A stretch of DNA of 15,141 nucleotides, from NCBI GenBank assembly GCA_043813365.1, contig JBDRLB010000073.1:1-15141 (forward strand), read 5' to 3'. The notes beneath the pieces are model-generated. The model searched no databases, was not told the origin of the DNA, and saw only the letters and a list, made by a program, of their open reading frames with translations. Position numbers and translations under genes: made by a program. Positions 1 through 6,638 of this stretch are shown one piece after another. The stretch comes from Candidatus Micrarchaeota archaeon (GTDB lineage Archaea; Micrarchaeota; Micrarchaeia; Norongarragalinales; SBBD01). How positions within the stretch are numbered: the stretch's first letter is position 1; each line of letters begins with the position of its first letter.

Positions 1-2
1 AT

Positions 3-797
3 CTGTCCCCGGAAAAAAAACTGGAAAGAAGCCTCCTCGCACAGACCCTGAGGATGTGGAGGAAGGATTTTCCTGCAGAGGAAAGGCAGGAGTTCAGCGC
101 GTGGCCAGGCTCTTTCAGCCAAAACCGGAGGGGGCAGGATGCTGCAGACTACCACTTCATTGCTGCATACAAAGGCACACAAAAAAAACCCGAAATGGTT
201 GGTTATGCGACACTCCACGCATCAATCCCCAGAAAGGATCTGCCGACACCAGTTGCCCTTGCGGAATATTCCGCAATAAGGAAGGATTACAGGAGAAAGG
301 GGATCTATGATTTGCTCTTCCAAAAGAGGCGCGAACTTGCCAGATCTAGCGGCTCCAAGTACATTATTGCCGAAGTGGAGCCTTTCAATAATGCAGCAAG
401 GAGGAGATGGCAATCCCTAAGATCGATGGCTAATATGACTCCTAAACAGAAAGAGGAATTGCGGGAACTTGCTTCCCGAAGGAAGCGGCTGTCAATATTC
501 AGCAAATACTATATGCATGCGGACATGCCATATCTTGACCCGAGCGAGCATGTTACCTTCCCGGCGAAAGGGCGGGGGATACTTAATCGCAAAGGGAAAT
601 TGAACCCATTATGGCTGCTCGTTCACGACTTGGGGAGCTCCGCAAAAAGCACTATTTCAAGGGAGGAAGGCCTGGACTTGTTAAGATCCGTTTATAGGGG
701 CCCGCAGGATTTGAGGAGATCGGATGCGGATTGGATGCTTTCCCAGGTCGCACAAAAAGTGCCTTCTGTTGTAAAATTGAGGCCGCCGAATAAATAA
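3..797 (+). CDS. Divergent GNAT-family N-acetyltransferase, probably 5'-truncated by the window
   Basis: The frame of the 54..797 ORF stays open to base 3 (LSPEKKLERSLLAQTLR-M). It shows GNAT hallmarks: N-terminal FPxEER, MVGYA strand, motif A-like EYSAIRKDYRRKGIY, IIAEVE strand and RRKRLSIF...YLDP. Confidence 0.7.
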   Translation: MSPEKKLERSLLAQTLRMWRKDFPAEERQEFSAWPGSFSQNRRGQDAADYHFIAAYKGTQKKPEMVGYATLHASIPRKDLPTPVALAEYSAIRKDYRRKGIYDLLFQKRRELARSSGSKYIIAEVEPFNNAARRRWQSLRSMANMTPKQKEELRELASRRKRLSIFSKYYMHADMPYLDPSEHVTFPAKGRGILNRKGKLNPLWLLVHDLGSSAKSTISREEGLDLLRSVYRGPQDLRRSDADWMLSQVAQKVPSVVKLRPPNK

Positions 798-820
798 GCT
801 GAAGGAAAATGAGGCACTGG

Positions 821-833
821 GCAACCTTTTTAA
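821..833 (+). promoter_or_regulatory. Putative archaeal TATA box for the 865 gene pair
   Basis: TTTTTAA at 827-833 lies about 32-38 nt upstream of ATG 865, which fits a short-leader archaeal transcript. Confidence 0.45.
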
Positions 834-864
834 CCTCCAGCAAATTAAGGGATAAGAGCGGATT

Positions 865-1356
865 ATGGCACTGGAACAGCTTTTATTTGGGGCGCTTCCC
901 CTTCTTGGCATTTTCGACAGCTTGGCGCAGATGATCTCCGATTTGGGCTTCACCTTCCAGATCATGATTTTCTCGTACATGACCTTCTGGCTTTACATGA
1001 ACCTTAGGGAATCACAGGTGCTTTTCGGGCTGGGAGTGATAATCGCCGCGTTCTTCGTGTTCATACAGCCCATACTCACAAACATATTCGTTGTATTGTT
1101 CTTCGTATTCATTGCAATGGGCAACCACCTCCAGTTCCTCATACAATTCGGGCTGTTCCCGCTCATGAGGTTCTTCGGGGTTGAGCTGGAGCATCCGGAG
1201 ATGGCCGAGCAGCAGAAAATGCATGGAATAGAGCAGAAGATGCGGCAGGGCTTGGACCTCCAGAAGGAGGAGGAGGAATACCTTGAGAAGGTGCAAAAGC
1301 GCGAGCAGCAGTACCAAAGGAAGATGCAGGACAGGATGACGAGACAGTTTACTTGA
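865..1356 (+). CDS. Hypothetical polytopic membrane protein with a charged, Q/E/K-rich helical C-terminal tail
   Basis: 163-aa ORF with 3-4 hydrophobic segments in residues ~1-105, then EMAEQQKMHGIEQKMRQG...EEEEYLEKVQKREQQYQRKMQ. Confidence 0.85.
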   Translation: MALEQLLFGALPLLGIFDSLAQMISDLGFTFQIMIFSYMTFWLYMNLRESQVLFGLGVIIAAFFVFIQPILTNIFVVLFFVFIAMGNHLQFLIQFGLFPLMRFFGVELEHPEMAEQQKMHGIEQKMRQGLDLQKEEEEYLEKVQKREQQYQRKMQDRMTRQFT

Positions 1357-1365
1357 GTGGTAAGT

Positions 1366-1656
1366 ATGGAGTTCATTTTGCTGGGATTGATTGAAGACAT
1401 AGTGTTCTGGGCAACTGCGATGTGGTGGCTTTGGCTGCTTATACTAGCGATATTCTTCTACAGCTGGGCAAGGGACCATCTCGCATTTTCACCGCTTTTG
1501 ACAATGGCGGTTGCGGGGATACTCATCTATTACCTCGTGTTCCAGTACCCTATTTTCGGCTCGGCGGGTTTCCTTCTGTACATGCTCATTTACGGAGGCG
1601 CGCTTTACCTGATACCGCTTGTGCTGCCGATGTTCAGGCAAAGGCCTAAAATGTGA
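1366..1656 (+). CDS. Small hypothetical membrane protein (about 3 TM), likely paralog of the upstream gene
   Basis: Almost entirely hydrophobic, with a basic C-terminus (RQRPKM). ATG 1366 follows SD-like GAGTGGT at 1355-1361; an alternative GTG start lies at 1357, directly after the upstream TGA. Confidence 0.82.
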   Translation: MEFILLGLIEDIVFWATAMWWLWLLILAIFFYSWARDHLAFSPLLTMAVAGILIYYLVFQYPIFGSAGFLLYMLIYGGALYLIPLVLPMFRQRPKM

Positions 1657-1703
1657 TATGATTGAAAGGATGATGTAAAAACAATATGAGGAAAACGCTG
1701 GTT

Positions 1704-1735
1704 CGAAGGCGATTGGTTCAGCCGGCAATCGTTCG
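1704..1735. other. Intergenic imperfect inverted repeat (hairpin)
   Basis: CGAA-gg-CGATTG (1704-1715) can pair with CAATCG-TTCG (1726-1735); an A-run follows. Confidence 0.4.
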
Positions 1736-1749
1736 TTAAAAAAAACACA

Positions 1750-1783
1750 TATTTAAAGGAGGTCAAATTAATTGATTGGTGAT
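1750..1783 (+). promoter_or_regulatory. Putative TATA box and Shine-Dalgarno site for the 1788 gene
   Basis: An A-rich BRE-like stretch precedes TATTTAAA (1750-1757). GGTGAT (1778-1783) sits 4 nt before ATG 1788. Confidence 0.5.
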
Positions 1784-1787
1784 CGTT

Positions 1788-2162
1788 ATGGGCGAAATAC
1801 GGGATCTGATGAGGGCGTACAAGGTTGCGCACACCTACAGGGAGGAGTGGTTCAACATCAAATGGAGGCTTGTTGTGGTTGCGCTCTCGATGCTGTTCAT
1901 AGGGTTCGTATACTGGTACCTGAATTTCTACGACAACGGGAGGTACTTCTTTGTTGTGCCGGAATACCAGTTCCTGCTTTCGGAGCAGCTGTTCAAATGG
2001 TTCATGATAGGCGCAATGTTCGGGATCATCTCAATAGGGCTTATTTTCGAGGGGGAATTCCTTATCGGGCTTAGGAACATCTCAAAGGAGCTTTCCCAGG
2101 CAGAGAAGGCGATGGGCCTGAAAAAGGAGGAGAAGAGGAAACCCGCAAAAAGAAGGAAATAA
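1788..2162 (+). CDS. Hypothetical 2-TM membrane protein with a lysine/arginine-rich C-terminus
   Basis: Two hydrophobic helices (LVVVALSMLFIGFVYWYL and WFMIGAMFGIISIGLIF) and the tail KKEEKRKPAKRRK. ATG 1788 is preferred over TTG 1776 because of the GGTGAT SD. Confidence 0.82.
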   Translation: MGEIRDLMRAYKVAHTYREEWFNIKWRLVVVALSMLFIGFVYWYLNFYDNGRYFFVVPEYQFLLSEQLFKWFMIGAMFGIISIGLIFEGEFLIGLRNISKELSQAEKAMGLKKEEKRKPAKRRK

Positions 2163-2252
2163 AACGTTAACTGGCCATAGCTTACGTTCAGAATAGACTT
2201 CAAATGGGCATTCATCCCTTTTATTTGCGGATGAGCCTAGAGGAGATTTCAG

Positions 2253-3419
2253 ATGGCTGTGCAGTTCGAGTTGGAGCAGGATGGAAGGCTGATTGTGAAG
2301 GATTTAATTTCCGTGCAGGCACTGGACCGGGGTTTTTTCGGGAAAGAGCCAGAGCATACGAAGGCGCAGCTTGTTCTGATGCCGGAAGAAGCGCTTTACC
2401 TCATGGATGTAAGGAATGCGGAAGCAGTTTTTAAGGGAAAAACCGTAACTTTCAACCGTGTTGCAAAGGAATTCATCAAGAACAAGAAATTCCTCGCACG
2501 CTACTTTTGCTACAGGGATTGGAGGGATCGTGGAATCATTGCCAGGCCCATGAGCGAAGCTTCCGGCAATTATGGAAGGAGCCCGGTTGTCCGCTATCCC
2601 TCGAAAGATTTCACTTCCCCCCAAGTGAAAAGCAAGGCGCTGTTCTTTTCGGACGATTTGATCTCCATCATTGATGACGATGAGGAGGGCAGGCAGCTTT
2701 ACGAGAGCGCGTGGTTCGGCCAGCATGGGACTTACAAGGCGAAGAAGCATGGGCGCTATTTGAAGCTGGATGCTTATGAGACGCTTTTCCTGATGAAGCA
2801 CGGAGGAATGACTGCGAACATTGGCGACAAGAAGATCATTAAGGAGTGCATGAAAAGAAGGGGCGATTTCCTCGCGCTTTACGAGGTATATGAGGATTGG
2901 AGGCTGCGCGGTTTCGTTGTTAAGAGCGGCTTCAAATTCGGCACGCATTTCCGGCTTTATTTCCCGGGCGCCTCGCCCAATTTGGCGAATGATGAATGGA
3001 TGCACTCAAAGCACGTGATACATGTTTTCCCGAGGAGCGCAAAGATGCTGATTTCGGAGTGGTCGCGCGCAATCAGGGTTGCGCATGGAGTGAAAAAAAC
3101 ATTTATCTTGGCAATTCCAGGTGAGAAGAAGCAGCAGCATGCGGAGCTTGATTTCCTGCTTTACCATAGGAAAAAAGGAGGCTTGATTGAGAACCCCAAG
3201 GAGGATAAGCCAAAATTCGTGATGCTCGCGCTCTCTGAAGAGGAGGAGATCGGCGGGGAAGAGCTCGCGGAATCCATTGCTAAAGCTAAGAGCATGGGCC
3301 TCGACCTGATACTTGCGATCTGCGACCGGGAGACCAGCGTAACCTATTACAGAGTCAAAAGAGTGGAGCTTCCTAAGAGCAAGTACGAGTACTACGAAAT
3401 AGAATGGAAGCAGCCCTGA
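2253..3419 (+). CDS. endA: tRNA-intron lyase (tRNA splicing endonuclease), three-unit epsilon2-like type
   Basis: 388 aa. N-terminal-domain motifs are duplicated (LMPEEALYL...YRDWRDRG and LDAYETLFL...VYEDWRLRG). Catalytic unit is VKSGFKFGTHFRLY(236)...H(251)SKH...R(275)VAHGVKK(282). C-terminal unit ends YYEIEW. GTYK loop at residues 159-162. SD GAGGAG at 2240-2245. Confidence 0.95.
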   Translation: MAVQFELEQDGRLIVKDLISVQALDRGFFGKEPEHTKAQLVLMPEEALYLMDVRNAEAVFKGKTVTFNRVAKEFIKNKKFLARYFCYRDWRDRGIIARPMSEASGNYGRSPVVRYPSKDFTSPQVKSKALFFSDDLISIIDDDEEGRQLYESAWFGQHGTYKAKKHGRYLKLDAYETLFLMKHGGMTANIGDKKIIKECMKRRGDFLALYEVYEDWRLRGFVVKSGFKFGTHFRLYFPGASPNLANDEWMHSKHVIHVFPRSAKMLISEWSRAIRVAHGVKKTFILAIPGEKKQQHAELDFLLYHRKKGGLIENPKEDKPKFVMLALSEEEEIGGEELAESIAKAKSMGLDLILAICDRETSVTYYRVKRVELPKSKYEYYEIEWKQP

Positions 3420-3501
3420 ACCGCGGGGGAAGAATCCCCCTCAGTTTGAAGGTCTTCCGGATCCCCCTCTAAGTTGATTGGCGAATCTGAACCGCGGGGG
3501 A
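3416..3501. repeat. 15-bp perfect direct repeat CTGAACCGCGGGGGA x2 with internal ATCCCCCTC x2; hairpin-rich region between convergent genes
   Basis: Copies at 3416-3430 and 3487-3501 (period 71). ATCCCCCTC at 3434-3442 and 3461-3469. GGGGGA-agaa-TCCCCC stem at 3425-3440. Confidence 0.8.
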
Positions 3502-3521
3502 GTGCCACCTAAAACGATTGG

Positions 3522-4859
3522 TTACTTTTTCTTATTCTTCATCTCATTCAAGTGGCGGATGCGCTTCTGTATCAGCTCCTTTGTGCCAATATCCTTCCGG
3601 TGGAATACGGGGCCCTTAATTTGCCTGACGGTGTGCTCCGCAACCGCCTCGGCGGCTTCGATAGTATCGCCAATCCCAACGCATGCAACAGCCCGGGAGG
3701 TTCCCATTTTCAGTTTCCAGGGGTATTCTGGGTCAACGCTTTCAACTGCACCGAGGTAATATTTGCTCGTTGAATTTGCGAGAGACTCGATGTCAATCAC
3801 TTCGCCCTTCTTGGGGTTTTCGGGGTAGCCTTCGGGGACCGCGTATTTCACAACTGTCGCTTTTTCCTCGAAATGCAGTTTCAAGTGGGAAAGCCGGCCG
3901 TGCACAACTGCTTCGCAAACCTCCACAAAGTCATTCTTCATTATGGGAAGGATGTTCATGATTTCGGGGTCGCCGAAGCGCGCGTTGTATTCTATCAATT
4001 TCACTCCGTCAGCAGTAAGCATGAAGCCGCCGTACATTATTCCGTGGAAATATTCGTTCAATTCCTCCTTAAGGGCAAACGCGATTTTGTGGGTCATGTG
4101 CTGCGCCTCCTGCAGGTGCTCTTTCGTCAGGAAAGGCAGCAGATGATTTGGAGCCGAATAGGAGCCCATGCCGCCGGTATTCGGGCCGAGGTCGCCCTCA
4201 TATGCGCGCTTGTGGTCCTGCGCTATTGGAGGGGCAAGGACCGTCCTGCCGTCGGTGAAGAACTGGACTGAAAACTCCTCGCCCTCGAGTTTTTCCTCAA
4301 TCACGACCTTTGCCTTCCCATCAAGGATGGATTTGGAGTATTCGATTGCCTCCTCAATTGTTTTCATGTGCTCGCCGAAAACCTTCACTCCCTTGCCGCC
4401 TGTTAGCCCATCGGGCTTCACGACGAATTGCTTGAGCTCGAGCATGTAGTCCTTCATCCCATCCGGGGAATCGAAAACCTGGTGTGCCGGCGAACCTTCA
4501 ATCTGGTAGCGGTCCATGAGGTTGCGCGTGAATGATTTGCTGCTCTCCAATCTGGCAAGCGATTTCTTCGGCCCGAATGAGGGTATTTCAAGTTCCTCAA
4601 GCACGTCGGCGATGCCGATTGCAATTGCATAATCGGGCGAGAGGACCGCAAATTCCGGCTTCACCTGCTTCGCATATTTCCGGACCGAATCGAAATCGTC
4701 GATTTTCCCAAGGAAGTGGCTCTTCGATTTTGCAATGACAGCAGGGTTCGGGCTCTGTATGAATGAATGAAGTTCCGAATCCGCGCTTTTCTGGATCGCT
4801 TCGGCAAGGCAGTCGGCCCGCGCAGTGCTTCCTAGCGCTACAAGGAGTATTTTTTTCAT
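3522..4859 (-). CDS. purD: Phosphoribosylamine--glycine ligase (GAR synthetase)
   Basis: 445 aa with LESSKSF, VVKPDGLTGGKGV, IEEKLEGEEFS, QDHKRAYEGDLGPNTGGMGSYS, EYNARFGDPE, YAVPEGYP and HRKDIG motifs; the motif variants are archaeal-type. Confidence 0.95.
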   Translation of the reverse strand: MKKILLVALGSTARADCLAEAIQKSADSELHSFIQSPNPAVIAKSKSHFLGKIDDFDSVRKYAKQVKPEFAVLSPDYAIAIGIADVLEELEIPSFGPKKSLARLESSKSFTRNLMDRYQIEGSPAHQVFDSPDGMKDYMLELKQFVVKPDGLTGGKGVKVFGEHMKTIEEAIEYSKSILDGKAKVVIEEKLEGEEFSVQFFTDGRTVLAPPIAQDHKRAYEGDLGPNTGGMGSYSAPNHLLPFLTKEHLQEAQHMTHKIAFALKEELNEYFHGIMYGGFMLTADGVKLIEYNARFGDPEIMNILPIMKNDFVEVCEAVVHGRLSHLKLHFEEKATVVKYAVPEGYPENPKKGEVIDIESLANSTSKYYLGAVESVDPEYPWKLKMGTSRAVACVGIGDTIEAAEAVAEHTVRQIKGPVFHRKDIGTKELIQKRIRHLNEMKNKKK

Positions 4860-4862
4860 TTG

Positions 4863-4910
4863 ATCCCCACGATAATGTTAACGCCGCAACTTTTTTTAAA
4901 GCCGTGTTTT
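4863..4910 (-). promoter_or_regulatory. Putative BRE/TATA and SD for purD
   Basis: The minus strand reads AAAACACGGC-TTTAAAAAAA (TATA at 4900-4891) and GTGGGGA shortly before ATG 4859. Confidence 0.45.
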
Positions 4911-4938
4911 GGTTTGTTGAAGGGAATGCATTGCAATA

Positions 4939-6543
4939 CTAAGCAATATCCCTTCCGTGCTCGAGTGGGCGCTTGGTGGCATCCTCCAAATCCCGAAGTT
5001 GCTTGATCCGCTGCTCCAGCTCATTCTTCAGTTCCTTCTGCTGCTGCGAATATTCCTTCTGCATGCTTCTAAAAGTCTGCTCCAAATCGTACATATGGTG
5101 CTCCAGCTTGATGAGGGACATGTCGAAGGAGATAAGCTTCTCATTGGTGTTCTTCTGGAAGCCCGTGAGATCGTTGCGCGTAAGGATGTTCGCGGAATGC
5201 GTCTTCAGCCCGTAAACCTCCTTCACTAGGTCGCGCATCACGGAGGTGTTGTCTGCTGTGTCGCTCACAACCGAATCAAGCTTCCGGCTCGCCCTGTTTA
5301 CCAGCTCCTCCCCTTTCGTTTCAACGGTGCGGATGCGCTTTTCAAATTCGGATTTCATGCTTTCAAGACCGGAAATATCCTTTTCCATCGAATCCAGCCG
5401 CTTGAAGGATTTTTCAGTGTCGGCAGAGGATTCCTCCAGCTCCTTCATGTCCTTCTGGAGGCCTTCGATGAGCTTTTCGCCCTTTTTCATCTCGGCTTCA
5501 AAATCCTCCAATTGCGAGACGCGGGATTCGAAATCCTTCTTGAACGCGGCATTCTCGGATGCTATTCCCTTGATCAGCTCCGCTTTAAGCGAATCCACCT
5601 TCTCGGCAGCATGCTCGACTGTTTCCACTTTCTTAGTTATTTCCGCTTTGGCCTCCTCCATATTCTCATCCAAATCCCTCTTGAGGTCAGCTTTCATCAT
5701 CTCCGACTTGGCAACCGCCTTGTCTACCTCGATTATCTTTGAATCGAGCTCATTGCCGTACTCCTTCAGGTCGCCTTTCAATTTGAGGAAGTCGGATTTG
5801 CTTGCCGCGCCCTCCACCTTCACCTTGAAGATGTTGAATTCCTTTGAAATGTCCTTGAATTCGTTGTCCAGCTCCTTTATCCTGTCGAAAACTTTCTGGT
5901 ACTCGAAGAAGTGCTGCTGCAAGTCCGCGTAAATCGCTTCCACCTTGTCGGCGCGCTGCTCCATCTTTGCCTGCACCTGCATCGCCGTTGAGAGCTCCCT
6001 CTGGACCTGCTCATTCAGCTTCAATATGGTGTCGGAGCCGCGTATCGCCTCCGTTTTCTGCCGGAGATCCTTCAGTTCGTCGACAAGCTTCTGCTGCATC
6101 AGCGTGACCTTTTCCTCAATGGCCTTGGTCGCATCAATCCTCATCTCGAGCTTCTTGACGTTGTTCATAAGGCGCTCGGGCTGCACCATCTGTATCAGCT
6201 CGACGGCCTTTTCCGCCTGCATCTTTATTTGCGCCCCATCCCTCTCCGAATCAAGCACCGTTGCGCGCATTTCCCCAATCTGCTCGGAAAATTTGCCGAA
6301 GCGCTCGTCGGAAACCTGCTTCGACTGCTTCAGCAGCTCAATCTGCACTTTCAGAAGCTCCACATCCTTCTCCAGCTTCAGCACGGTGCGGTCAGCTGAT
6401 TGCACCGAAGGCTGCACTTCAACTGGCTGCGAATTCGCCTGCTCCTCGTACCGCTCCTCGGACGACTTCATCATGAGATCCTCCTTGGCCTGCAGCTCCT
6501 CTTCCGTCGGCTCCTTTTTCAGCACCTTGTCGAAAACGCCCAT
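4939..6543 (-). CDS. Long coiled-coil protein of unknown function with a possible N-terminal amphipathic helix
   Basis: 534 aa, E/K/L/Q-rich heptads from about residue 55 to the end. No Cys, TM, Walker motif or SMC hinge was seen. The N-terminus is MGVFDKVLKK. Confidence 0.9.
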   Translation of the reverse strand: MGVFDKVLKKEPTEEELQAKEDLMMKSSEERYEEQANSQPVEVQPSVQSADRTVLKLEKDVELLKVQIELLKQSKQVSDERFGKFSEQIGEMRATVLDSERDGAQIKMQAEKAVELIQMVQPERLMNNVKKLEMRIDATKAIEEKVTLMQQKLVDELKDLRQKTEAIRGSDTILKLNEQVQRELSTAMQVQAKMEQRADKVEAIYADLQQHFFEYQKVFDRIKELDNEFKDISKEFNIFKVKVEGAASKSDFLKLKGDLKEYGNELDSKIIEVDKAVAKSEMMKADLKRDLDENMEEAKAEITKKVETVEHAAEKVDSLKAELIKGIASENAAFKKDFESRVSQLEDFEAEMKKGEKLIEGLQKDMKELEESSADTEKSFKRLDSMEKDISGLESMKSEFEKRIRTVETKGEELVNRASRKLDSVVSDTADNTSVMRDLVKEVYGLKTHSANILTRNDLTGFQKNTNEKLISFDMSLIKLEHHMYDLEQTFRSMQKEYSQQQKELKNELEQRIKQLRDLEDATKRPLEHGRDIA

Positions 6544-6544
6544 A

Positions 6545-6634
6545 TTAATCTACTTCGAATGGCTCAAGAAAAAATACGCCTATTTTCTTTTCCGCCAAAA
6601 CCTCAAGACGGCCGTTCAATATTAACTTTTTCAT
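6545..6634 (-). CDS. Possible 29-aa small protein MKKLILNGRLEVLAEKKIGVFFLEPFEVD
   Basis: ATG lies 4 nt after the giant gene's TGA, and TAA lies 1 nt before the coiled-coil gene's ATG, so the ORF fills the intergenic gap. Confidence 0.3.
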   Translation of the reverse strand: MKKLILNGRLEVLAEKKIGVFFLEPFEVD

Positions 6635-6638
6635 TGTT

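Noticed and set aside
13..188. A8 tracts as phase-variation or frameshift sites
   Set aside because: Both are in frame, encode Lys codons and do not disrupt the ORF.
1650..1740. C/D box sRNA
   Set aside because: Only imperfect C-box-like words (ATGATTGA, ATGATGT) and no CTGA D box at a suitable distance.
2304..3005. 233-aa - strand ORF
   Set aside because: Antisense to the clearly identified endA.
3416..3501. CRISPR mini-array or tRNA fragment
   Set aside because: Only two 15-nt copies with a 56-nt gap and no cas genes. GGGGGAAGAATCCCCC resembles a T-arm but lacks TTCG and a cloverleaf.
5246..6625. Long + strand ORFs (228 aa, 226 aa) rich in S/F
   Set aside because: Antisense shadows of the E/K-rich coiled-coil gene; the composition mirrors GAA/AAG codons.
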